64,000 bases of DNA, taken from contig OZ316891.1 in NCBI GenBank assembly GCA_973895155.1, positions 4,198,018-4,262,017 on the forward strand, given 5' to 3'. The stretch comes from Marsupella aquatica (lineage: Eukaryota > Plantae > Marchantiophyta). Made by a program: the position numbers and the translations under genes. This document shows positions 40,341-52,687 of this stretch, piece by piece. The notes under the pieces are model-generated. The model made no database searches and was not told the origin of the DNA. It saw only the letters and a list, made by a program, of their open reading frames with translations. Position 1 is the first letter of the stretch. The number at the start of each line of letters is the position of its first letter.

Positions 40341-43300
40341 AATATGCAAGCTTCCACAAACCATAGTAGTTAAATATGAGACATTGTAATTTGAATGTAA
40401 GCTTTGAAAGTTGACTCACTGTCATGCAGACTACACAATCATGGTAGTTGACCCCGAAGTTGATCTGATCAATAAGCATAATCATATAGACATTATATAA
40501 TAGACGTGTCTCAATATTGTAGATTTAGCATAGTAGTGAAACTTCAGTAGAGTAAATTTGATATGTTTAGCATTACTTACTAAAGTTGGTGAGCCTGCAT
40601 ACTAATTACCTTGCATGCGTTGCAGTGCAAATCCAATATATAGTGTATAGTAGTAGGTAGACAAATGACAATCAAGAGGGCCACATTAAAGACTATAATA
40701 AAAGGTTGCGCCACTTTTTAGAGTGTTGTCATTCAAATTTGCAATGTCCAAAAAAATGAATCCTATCAAATAGAAAAAATGAAGGCTGTATTAAATTTAG
40801 TGTGCACAAAAAGTGAATCAAGTGCCTTCCAAACAAGTAGTGAATAAAATAGGACACAAAAAAGTGGGAAAATGCACATGCATAAGGTATTAAGGAGGTT
40901 ACTTATCCATACACACTAAGTACAAAAGTATATAATGTATATGATACTCTACTATTGAAGGTACTACAATATTGCATAATATTAGAATGATAATAATTTA
41001 ATTGAAATAGCTTAATTCAACATAATAACTCATGTGATATGGAGAATATCTCAAAAGTTATAATTAAATGTTGCATCTTTTTATAGTATGGTAGTCATTC
41101 AAATTTGTAGTGTTCCAAAATGAGGAACATGAAAGAATATAACCAAAGAAGAAATACTAAAATAAAATAGTGTGAACTAAAATAAAGTGCAATGTGTTGA
41201 GCATAGACGACAATTGCAACAGCAAGCCCATGAACCATCCAATGCACAAGAGTTGACACAAAGAGTACGTGATTCACCTCCACATGAGGCTACGTCCACG
41301 CGGGCGTCCACGGGAACACACAAGAGCTTTACTGCACTCTAGGCCGACCGGCCATACCAAGTATCCACTAGCAGAAAATGGGGCCTTTTATGACTTGGGC
41401 ACATATGACTTATGTGCCTAAATGACAAAATATTTCAATGACAGGACATGAATGACAATTAAATGACTGTCTAAAATGACAGAGTGAAAAAAATGACTAA
41501 TAATTGCAAGAGAGTCATTTCCACCAATGAGTCAAATGACTTTGACTGCTATAATGACAACACTAATGAGTTATGGTCATTTTGGATAGTCTCTATGAAT
41601 GACACAATGGACAAAAACCCTGTCATATCAGTGTTTTACTTCTGGAAAGTCATTTTGGACGACGGTGACTAATGACTAGGAAAACAAATATGCAAATATC
41701 AATGTTTAAAAATGTTAGTAGTCATTTCAACCACAAGTGATAAAATGACATGATAAAAAAAATATGACTATTTTGAGGTTTAGCGTTTAGGGTATGATTA
41801 GACATCTAACATGTATGGTAGTATAAAGATTGGTGGCACTCACATATTAGATTTGAAATACATTTCTAGAGACTTAAAAAATATTGCTTTTGTTTTGAGT
41901 CGCATCCTTGATGTACAACTCAAAGGCTCGATCATCTCTAATATGTATTTATACTTGCACCCATTTTTTATATATCTCCTATGTATGCCAGGGACTCCGA
42001 AAATGTAATTAATTACCATTGATTCCTTAAGTTGTATTCACATTCACATATTGGCGTACGGGGGTATGCAAGGTTGTCAAATAACACTTTGTGGCGTAAA
42101 ATAGGGTTTAGGGTCTAGATGCATATATTTGCTCATGATGTCATTTTTTCCAGTCAATCGTGTTATTTGCAACCCTAGGGAATCAATTAGTGTAAACAAC
42201 CCTAAAACACGTGAGAACAAACCAATAAAATTTGGGAAAATATATTTAATAATAAATTTAATTAAAAACACCCTTATAGCCTTTATTATAAGACTTTGGA
42301 AATTTTTTAAATACATTGATGAATATAAAAAAACAAATTTTACCAAAATTGGATTTTTAAATGCCTTTAGTAGAAGTGTTATATTATAATTATCATCCCT
42401 ACAAGATTGAAAATTAACCTTCATTAATTTGTTTGCACCCCGTTCTAATAATCCAACAAGTGATTCCCCAGGGATTTGCAAAGGCTTCCAAGTCATTTTT
42501 GCTTTGATTCAACTTTCTAGTCATTTGACAAGTGTTGCTAGACATCATTTATGCATCATTTGGGCAGTCAATGTTGTGGTCATGTATGCCATGCACAATA
42601 TGACTTGTGGTATAGCCGGAAGAATCAAAAGTGACACTTTTCACTTAAAGACCAAGGTTTCGATTCCTTTAAGAACAAAATAGGAATGGATTGAATGATT
42701 GTAACTGTTTTGAAGACTTAAGAGTATCACTCAACCAAATCTTCAAACAAAAGAGAAACAAATGGATAAACTAACAAAATGAACAGAAAAGATTAATTCC
42801 CAAGTCATGGATTATGGAAAAGCTTTTAGAACCAAGGTCCAATGGATTGAATCTCCACTGCCACTCCTTCAAAAAGGATTCTGGTCTTATTGTGTCAACA
42901 AGATTGCAACAAATCTCGCCTCAATTGCTCTTCTCCATCACCATGAAAATATAAACAGAAAAGATAAATGCTCACCAACACCAAAGTAGCTTTCTGGTGA
43001 CCAATACAATGATACTCACTAAAATGCCGTCAACATGGATAGAACTTCGGCGATACGCAACTCCGATCTATCACTAGTGGGTATGCCAAAGTAAGGGTAA
43101 CGGTACTAACTATATTATGAAATCAGAATCTTGCTCCTTTCTATCCACATTTATCATTGAATCCTTAGCGATTCTTGACCCACAAGCAATCCTAATTTGA
43201 ATTCATATGATCTTGGAAATCTGTAATGAGAACTCAGGCACCAACAGGAATCTTCTGAAATAATTCATTACATCACAAAGGAAGTGTTTTACTTCATTCA

Positions 43301-43729
43301 TAAATCATTCTCAAAAGCAATGATTACAAAGGAAGGAGGGAAACTTGCAAAAGTTTGCAATACTGAATACAAGCTTCACTGAAAAACAAAAAGAGGAAAA
43401 CAATAATCTTATAGGTCTAAGTGGAGCATAAAAAGGGGAAATGAAAAGTCATGCCTTTTCAAAACTTAGAAAAAAGGTAATAAAAATTGAGTACTAAACT
43501 AAGGTAGAAAAAGATCACTAAATAACTAGGGTAAATGGGTAACAAAAATCTGTCTTCGAAATACATAAGTTTGGTCTCCATGGGACACCTCTCAGAAGCG
43601 TCCTTCATAAGTATTGTCAGCAAGGTAAAGTTGGGCATTTGGGTACCAAAAATGCAATTAATTCGTGAACTTTGCATCTTATTTCCATCTTCCATTGATT
43701 TTGCGAAAAATTCAGGTGTCACATGACTA

Positions 43730-45230
43730 CTAAGAGCTTTAGGTGGCTGATTGCCTATATTGGTGATAAGGGCCGGCCATTGAGGATGCTATCCACCCCA
43801 CATGGTGCAAGATAGGGTACTTGTCAACCCTGTGCCACTAGTCATGCCACTTTGCCTCCTGAAGGTTTTTTGTAGCCAACTTTTTGCACCAAGCAAGGGC
43901 ATCACCCAACTTTGGGCAAAACACTCCCAAGTTGTATGACTTTGGAGTGATTTGCCCAAAGGGCTGCAAACAACTCCCATTTAGTCATTCACAAGGGATT
44001 TAGAGTTATTTGTGCGAGTGACTAAGGGTTTTGGTCATTTATGTAGTGTTGGAAGACGTCATTTATGCAAATGACACAAAAATATGTCATTGATGATGTC
44101 AATGTTGCAATCATGCATGCCATGGGTAATATGACTCATTGGGGCTTCCCGGGGCTGGTTGACCATATGCGTGATTGTAGCCCACCAGTAGGGATGCTAC
44201 CCACCCCCACATGGTGCGGGATAGTGTAGTTGTCAACCCTGGGCCACTAGTCATGCCACTTTGCCTCCTGAAGGTTTTTTGTAGCCAACTTTTTGCACCA
44301 AGCAAGGCATCATGCAACTTGGGGCAAAACACTTCCAAGTTGTATGACTTTAATGTAATTTATCCAAAGGGGTCCAAATCATTGGCATTTTGTCATTTGC
44401 AAGGATTTAGAGTCATTTGTGAGTGTGACTCAATATTTTGGTCAATTTCGGAGTGCAAAGAGACGTCATTTATGCAATTGACATGACAACACGTCATTTG
44501 GGATGTCAATGTCATGGTGATGTATTTCATGTTGAATATGACTCATAAGGGTCTGGAGGGAATGATTGGCAATATTGGTGGTAGGAGGCTGCCATTAAGG
44601 ATATTACATAGCCCACTTTGCCTCCACAACCATTTTTGAAGCCCAGTTTCTGCCACATGGAATAGAATGACTCTACTTTTGGAAAAACACTCCCAAGTTG
44701 TATCACTTTGGAGTGACTTGCCCAAAGTGGTACAAAACACTCTCATTTTGTCATTTGCAGGGGATGCAAAGTCATTTGTGCATTTGACTCAATTTTGTCA
44801 TTTGTTGAGTGCTGCAAGAAGTAATTGGAGCAAATGATTATCATAATGGCAAGAGTCATTTACCATGTTAACCCCCAGGTCAATGCTGTCAAGAAAAGAA
44901 GACTGGACTTTGGGGAGATTTTCACAAGGTGGTGCCAGGTGCTTTTATTTGGTCATTTGTAAGAATTTTTGAGTCATTTGTGTATGTGACTCAATTTTGT
45001 AGTCATTTATCAAGTCTCCTGAGACGTCATTTTTGTGAATGACTGCAAAAGGAGTCATTTGATAAGTCAATGCCTTTGTCATTTATGCACATCACAATAT
45101 GGCTTTGGCCCTGACTGCATAATTATTGGCGATAGGGGGGTACGCCAGGGTGGGTGCAAGCCCTACATTAAGGATGCCACTCACCCCACATGGTGTGGGA
45201 TAGGGTTACATTGTCTATTCACCCTGGTCC
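43730..45230. repeat. ~410-bp tandem units inside the CACTA element
   Basis: ccacatggtgc..gtcaaccctg.gccactagtcatgccactttgcctcctgaaggttttttgtagccaac at ~43800 and ~44210; diverged copies near 44600 and 45180. Confidence 0.8.
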
Positions 45231-47413
45231 CCTCCCACCTTGCATTTATTTTGGAGGTTGGGGGGGGTATTTAATTTAATATATTCTTTTGAAGGTGGGT
45301 TGAATCTTATCTGGTTGGGGCAAATTTGATATATTTAACTTAGCTACAATTGTGGGAATGTCATCTAACTGAAGCTAAGAGTTTAACTTGACGTTATGGG
45401 TTTATCTACAGTCGGATTGGGAAGGGGGTTCAGAGTTTGGCCTCTAGTGAATGGCCCACAACGGTTTTGTATGTTGATTAAAATTGTTCTGATAGAACTT
45501 CAATCTTAGGTTTTAGATGCTTCAGTAGCACATTGTTTTGACAAGTACCCTAAATCCAACAACAAAGCCTGAGCCTGGAGGAATTCAAGTTACTAGTTCA
45601 ACATTTGCACAGTCAACTTGCCCATTTACATGCTCAAGACCTGTAAGTGACCTGTAAGTCAAGACTTACACTTGTCTAAATTTCCTTTTCTAGCTCAGCT
45701 CGTGCATCCAACTCTTCACACTACAAAGGTCATTCAAATTTGACTTAATTAGGTATCAACAGGGGTCTAAAACATGCCTTTACACTAGCTTACACTCCAT
45801 CTTACAGGTCTGTAAAGTTGGGGTTCATGGTGTAACCCTTACTTCCCGCCTCTTATTTCAAACTCTACTCTCTCCACAAACTTGACGCACTCTCACGCGC
45901 ATCAACTTTGTTAGCTCTCTAGCTATGGCTGCCCTTCAGAAATTATGGAGCTCTTCCACTGATCGGGTTCCTCTCGATTCAGATACTCCCGATGGCCCGC
46001 TCGATGGAATGTACTAAGAACTCTACTAAAAAATCTTTTGATTTGCAATGTTTGTTTCCTCCCTGTCGGCCTTCCTCATTTCTTGAATTTGAATGCCTTG
46101 CTAGTAGATTTGGGAGCGGTGTGACCAATGTCCGCACACTTTATTCTAATTACCAGCTGCGCTTTCGCTCTCTAATTCAATCTTCAAATAGACCCAAGCA
46201 TGTTGCCATCTACGCCCACGATACTCAGTCTTTTTTCAGTTTGACTTGAACATGGATGCTGCCAAACAGTTCTTGCACGAGGCTCAATCCTCGACCAATT
46301 CTTTCCACCTCCATGACTGAGTGCCCCAAAAGCTTTGCCTCTTGCTGTCGCTCCGCTGCGCCCCAAGCTCAATGATATTGTAATCCCGATTGTAATGTGC
46401 CAGGGCTCGGCCTCCAGCCTTTCCTCCACTGCATGTACTCTGCGGCCCCCGCTGCGGCCAAAGCTCCTTTGATGTTGAAATGTGCCAGTGTGACTGAAGT
46501 CTGTTATTCACGTCGCTGGCCAGTGGAGTCTGCGTTTTGCCCTTCCAAAGGTCTGTTTTTAACCTCTCTAATTCGTGGAAGTAGCATTCTTTGAACTTGG
46601 AGGAAGGGACCTTCAATGTGTGTTGAAGACTGGAGATCAAAAGTGGAGACTGGAACATAGCTTGCTTGCTTTGATCTTTCTGAGGTGATCTGTTAACATT
46701 AATGCGTTGAGCTCTGTGAGCAGTTGAAGACCTCAAAGTTGATGCCCAAGATGTTCCCAGTGTTATGATTGTTTTGCAGTTTGATTCCCCGGGCAATTTT
46801 GGGGAGACGATGAAAGAATTTCTCTTTCAATAAGCTTTTTAGTGCCGTTCTAGATGTTGTAGGGTTTTGTCTGGCTTTGTCCTATGGAATATACAGGATG
46901 ATAGACGGGCCCGTAGGTCTTGGTGTCAATTTTCAACATTAATGCTTGAAATTGCCGTTCGAAGATTTATATATCCTGGTTCAATGACAATGTTTATGTG
47001 GAATCTAGAGTCTTGTTGTTGATGCTAGACAACGTACACTGCCAACTCGCTCTTCTCCCTGGCGATTCCTACTTGTTTTTTGTAGGTGGCTTTTGGTTTG
47101 ATAAAGCAAGATAGGTGGAACCCTATCTCCCTATCGGTTATGGTGAGGGGATAGGAATCTTTGAAACTTTTTGTTGGCAGCTTTTTGTTCAGTAATTTTT
47201 GTTGGCACTTGTCTCAATGATTAGGTTTTCTTGAAACTGCTCCACGTTAACATCTCCAAGGAATCAAGAGTCTACTTCAGAATCAGATTTTGTTCTTATC
47301 AATGCACATTCTAACCCAAGTGGAGGTAAATAATGGATGCTCAGGATCTCCAAAGCACTCTAGGCTGCTGTGCATCAAAGATAGAGAAAAGGGGAATGAA
47401 GGCTGGCGATGGG

Positions 47414-47510
47414 AGATATATTGGAGTGCAGCACAGGCCATGGAATTGTTTTGCTGCCAAGTTTTGAGATCCGAACAAAAAGGAGAGGAAAGGGCTGCGG
47501 ATGTTGCTTC
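47414..47510 (+). pseudogene. Captured AP2/ERF domain fragment
   Basis: Translates RYIGVQHRPWNCFAAKF*DPNKKERKGLRML versus the AP2 consensus RYxGVRxRPWGxxAAEIRDPxxKERxWLGTF; several differences are single-base (e.g. CGA>TGA, TGG>GGG). Confidence 0.75.
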
Positions 47511-47923
47511 AACTCAATGCCCAAAAATCCTGCTTTGCCTTGATTTGTCAATGCATTCTCCCTCGTATGCAGTACGGTACCTGCACCATCTGCAGAATAT
47601 TTTAAAAATGTGGACACTCGTTTCTTGATTGTATTTAGACCTGGAATAGCTTCTTTTATTTGGCAGAATGGATGCCAAGCTGCTGCAACTAGTCGTTGTG
47701 TGCAAGAAAAGAGGATGCATGAAATTACTTTCACATTGTAACTGGTCATGATTAATTTGAAGCTTTCAGTAGCTGGGAAATGTATAAAAAATGCAAAGGC
47801 ATCTAGGCTGGATGAAAAATTTTGTTTGGAAATATTCTAATTAATACTAGTTCACGGCCTCTTGAATGACAGATGCTGTGATGTAAATAATGTTCTTTGT
47901 ACATTGCACTCAAAATGTACAAA

Positions 47924-50900
47924 GTGCTGTTCCACCCCCACCTCCGGTCCAGTCTTTCCCTGCTCCCTCCCCGGACGAGCGTCCCCTGCATACTTGTCCT
48001 GACTGTGGATGGGTTGGCCTCTCCCTCCCTCATTATCGCGGGTGGGGCCGGTGCCATCGTCGCCAGCAAGCACAATCCCAGCCTCAGCCCCCTATTGACC
48101 CTGTTAGCTCTGCCCCTCCCTCCTTGGAGGCTCCCGAGCAGGCATGGAGTTGGGTTCGCACTCTAGACCCCCTTCCAGCCTACCATCCAGGGTACATTAG
48201 ACCTCACCTTTATAACCACATTCCTCAGGCACTGCGCCCTTTAGTTCGGTCCTCCTTGTTGTAACTCATGCAGCTTATCTTGGCGCATCCTATGGAGGTC
48301 TCCTATTGGTCTTTACTGATGCTTTTTCCACAGTGGACTCTTACCCTCCCTAGTCATGGTGGTCGTGTGGGTCACCGTGAGACTGCCTCTCGTATCCATC
48401 GTTTTTTGCGGGGAGATTGGGAGCAGCTTCAGGAAGAGTACTTTCTTCGCGCCCGATCTTTTACCGCTCGTGCTTTGTCTGACCCAACCTGCCACTCTCA
48501 TCCCCCTGAGCATAGACGTCCGCATCGCTCTTGTCGTTTGGCCCAGGTTGGTGAATATCGTCGGGCTGTCCAGGCCCTTTCTCCCACCACACCAGCACCC
48601 CCTTTCGAGGTCACCTCGTCGGCCCTTCAGGATCTCCATCCGCAGCCCCATGATCAACTCCCTTTGTTCGTAGAGGATTTTGAGCCTGAGGAGGATCTTC
48701 AGTTTAGTAGGGACCACTTCACCTATGTCTTCCTCCATGCCCCGCGTTGCGCTGCTGGTGGCCCCTCCGGCTATGTCTTTGAGCATTTTCGTGATTTATT
48801 TCCCCCTGAGGATCCTCAGTTTGGTTTTCCAGTTTTCTTCTCCTTTTGCCAGTGTATTGCAGCCGGTCGTTTGCCTCCTCCCGTCTCTCGGCTCTTGAGT
48901 GCTTCTCATTTATTGGCCATGGCTAAGTCTTCACCGGGTGTTCGGCCAATTGCTATTGGGGAGGTTTTTCTTCGCCTTGTGTCTCGCACACTTTCCTCAC
49001 AGTTTCGCTCTGCACTATCGGATCATCTCTCTCCACATCAGTTTGCAGTGGACGTTCCTGGCGGTTGTGAGACAGTTATTGCGGGTATTCGAGCTACCTT
49101 GGACCTCCACCCTGATTGGGTTGTCCTCCAAGTTGATGTCTCTAACGCTTTTAATACGGTTTCTCGGGCAGCCATTTTTCATGCTTTGAGGGCGGCGGAT
49201 CCAGATATCCAGTCCCTGATCCCCTTTGTTCGTTGTTTTTATGGACTCGAGGCCCCACTCTTCTATAGTCATCACTCCTCTACAAGAGTGTATACCACTC
49301 TTTCTTCTGCAGAAGGTACACGTCAGGGTGACCCTTTGGGTGGGCCTCTTTTTGCCATTGCCCATTTTTCAGCTTTACGGGAAGCCGCCATGGCCCACCC
49401 CCAGTGTATCTTCCCCTCCCTTTCAGATGACACCCACATCATTGGTCCTCCTGCCGCGGTTACTTCTGCCCTCGCCACTCTTTCCACCCATTTGATGGGT
49501 CTCGGTTTATGAGTTCAACCTGCGAAGAGTCGTGCATGGAGTCCAGCTGGTTTACCCTCTGATCTTGCGCTTCCCCTAGGGTTCTTATGTCCAGTCGATG
49601 GTCTTCGGGTCCTTGGCTCCCCAGTCGGTTCCGCCTCCTTTTGCTCATCTTTCATCGCTGACTCTCTACAGGCTGCCTTAGCCCCTACTCCTATGCTCCC
49701 TAAGTTAGCAGATTCTCAGGCAGCATTTGGGATGTTGTTGAGGTGCATCCACCCTCGTGCGTCTTATCTGGCTAGGACGCATCCCCCTACCGAGGATCTT
49801 TGTCTCCACCTTCGAGCATTTGATGTATCCATTCGTGCGACTCTGGCCTCTCTTTTAGGGCCGGGAACGTTGCTCTCATCTCCGTGGCTTCATCGACAAC
49901 TCGGTCTTCCTATTTCGCAGGGTGGTTTTGGCCTTGGGCCCCCAGCCTTTGTAAACTAAAGAGGTATACGTGCGTACACCCCCCTCCCTAGTACCCCTTA
50001 TTATTTTTGGAAGCCTATAAAAATTTCTCTTGTTATTCTTAAAAACTTAATTTTGGAGAATAAATCTGCCCCTTTGAGATATTATAATTTCACATTTTAC
50101 ACCATGTATGAAAGCCTTGAAAAGTTATAAACTCATCATGTGCAAACGGTTCTAAACCTGATGGGAGTGTTTTGGAAGGGTTTTGGGTACATACATTTTT
50201 ATTTTCGTGACCCTTTAACCCCAAACTTCAACTTTGGGGCATTTTTGAACCACAGGGCAGGGTAGTCAGGGTTCAAAAGCTCCAAAGTCCTAAACTACTC
50301 TGAATCATAGATGTTGCAAGCATAATTATATGTCATATACACATGTTCCAATAAAGGGTGACCACAAGGACCAATCCTATTGTGACGCGTGTCACATCCA
50401 TATTACATCACCTCTTGAAGCATATTAACTTGGGTCACATTTATATAAGCCTATATTAGTTAGAAAGGGTTCTTTGAATAAAAACATCCCTTGATATTTT
50501 TAAGTCAATTATAAAAATTAATCTCAAATCAGATTTTTTGCACCCTTCATCCGTTCGCACGTCCAGCCCATTATTAATAATGCTGGGGGCCCAGGGGGTT
50601 TTGGGCTTACTTCCATTGAGAGTCTTGCACCTTTGGCCTTTTTGGGTGCGTGGGCGGCCGCCTTCTCCTTGTTGGCCGATCGTTTCCTTATTGAGGATCG
50701 CCCTTTTTTACTTTCATCTCTCATGGAGGTAGAGGAGGGTTCCCTCCCGTTTCAGGTTCATTTGCGCGCAGCACGGTCATCATTACCAGATCCCGTTCGC
50801 GCTGCGTTACCTTCTTTTCAGGAGTTTTTATCCTTGGATCCCGTCCGTCTTCAGGCAGACCTCGCTGGGCGTATGCACGCTTTTACCCTTTCCAGCATCC

Positions 50901-51992
50901 TCTCCGAGGCACTTGACACGGACCGAGCTCGGATTCTTTCTTCCGGAGGGAAGGGCGCAGGAGGATGGCTTCAGGCCAATCCAGTCATTCCTCATTTGCG
51001 GATGTCTTCCACAGAGTTCTCCACAGCCATGCGTCTTCGTATGGGGCTGCCCCACCCACTTCTTGCAGGTTTACCTCCTTCTTGCACTTGTGGGAAGCCT
51101 TGTGATGCCACAGGTGTCCATCTTCTTCGGTGCAACTTGGGAGGTGAAACCATTATTGTTCATGATGCTGTGCGAGATGCAACCGCTCAGGTTCTCTCTG
51201 GCTCTTTGGTATGCATGCGGCGGGAGGTGGTACTCGAGTTACCTGGTCCTCCATCACAGCGGTTACGGGTGGATCTTACCATGGTCCGTGAGGGTCAACG
51301 TACTTTGGCAGATGTAGTGGTGGCAAACCCATTGCACCAAGACATCATTGGGACAGCGGCAACAACGGCAGGGGCAGCAGCGTCACGTGCGGCCACAACG
51401 AAGGAGGCCAAATATGCTGCACGAGCTTCATCCGACAGTTTCCTCCCCTTGCTCTGGAGCTATTTGGGCGTCTTCATCCTCAGTTTGATGGGCTTCTTCG
51501 GCAAGCTGCTCGGGATGTTCATGGCCGATTGGGTCCCACCGGGCCCCCGCTTTCTGTTTTGACCACGCACTTTCGCCAACGCATTTCAGTCACCTTACAG
51601 CGTGCTCAAGCTCGGGCCATCTATCGTCGATCTCTTACAGTGGGTGCTAGTGTGCCTCCGCAGCGGCTAGCTCCCCTCGAGGATGTTCCAATCCCACTTG
51701 CTGATCTAGTTTTGACCCTTGATGTGGACCATTAGCTTTTTGCCACATTCGCTAGGAATGATGAGGACCTCGGTCCGGTTGGGTTAGTTTTAGTCTCTCT
51801 TTTTTGGTTTTTAGAGGTTCCTTATTGCTCATTTCTTACTTTTAGTTCCTCTTTCTTGGTGTTTAGTGGTTCCCTTTTGCTCACTTCTTTTACGCTTGGT
51901 TTTGTCCACTTGGACCCTCTTTTGTTTGTTCTTATGTACTCTGTTTGGTCCCTTTGTATATAAAAAGTGTGTGTATTTCTTGATAAAAAAAA
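47924..51992 (+). mobile_element. CRE-like non-LTR retrotransposon (RT + CCHC knuckle + restriction-like endonuclease), copy 1, inactivated
   Basis: ORF pieces at 47890, 48268, 49693, 50633 and 51529 join into one ORF after removing the insertion. RT motifs VRPIAIGE, HQFAVDVPGG, VDVSNAFN, GTRQGDPL, SLSDD; thumb LPISQGGFGL; CTCG..GVHLLRC; HDAVRD; RVDL..LADVVVANP..KEAKY. 3' tail tgatA8 ends 51992. Lesions: TAA 48262, TGA 49510, 1-bp deletion ~51445. 5' boundary approximate. Confidence 0.88.
49932..50596. mobile_element. 665-bp non-autonomous TIR element (MITE) inserted in the retrotransposon ORF
   Basis: 15-bp TIR ccttgggcccccagc / gctgggggcccaggg (1 mismatch); 8-bp TSD ggttttgg at 49924-49931 and 50597-50604. 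Removing it restores GGFG|LTSIESLAP in frame. Confidence 0.9.
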
Positions 51993-52687
51993 TGAGCGTC
52001 TTTGTAGTTAATTTTGACCGTATGAATATTTGGGGTAGGATGCGACTAGGGCTAGTGCTGCTCATAGAGTTCGTCAAAAGGCCGTTGAATCATTTTTAAT
52101 TTCTGTTTCAAAGTTCAATGGAGGACAGGAAGCACTGTTGACGATAGACTTTGTTGCACATGCATACTTCTAAGTGGAAATCTCTATAATTAGCAGGAGA
52201 AATGAAATGGCTTTCATGCTTTAGTTGTTCTTTGCTCTATTTTCCTACTTTCAAGAGGAGATGCTTCTGAATGTCTGGAGAGTGGAGAGAGATCTAGCCA
52301 CTTGCCTATGTTAGACAAACTTACAGTGCCAAGTCGCTCTTATCCTGGCTATTTCTACAGTAGTTATTTTTTGTAGGTGGCTTTTGGTCTGATAGGACAA
52401 GATAGTTGGAACCCAACTGCCTTGCCTTCGGTTACAGTTTTGGAAGTCATGATGTCATCTTTTGGCTTTGGGATCTTTCATTCTGAGCCTGCACAAAATT
52501 ATCTTACAAGTGTCGGTTGCGGTGAGGTGATAGGCTAGGAATCTTTGAAGCTTTTTGTTTGTAGCTATTTGTTCAGTGCCTTGTGTTGGCAGCTTTTTGT
52601 TTAGTATACAGGTATTTTTCTAATGTTATAATGTGCACTTTATTATGCGTCATTCTCATGCGTGACAAAAATTTCCTATGTTGCAGG

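Noticed and set aside
47912-51994. aaaatg as the TSD of retrotransposon copy 1
   Set aside because: Low-complexity, overlaps the A-tail, and the 5' boundary is uncertain.
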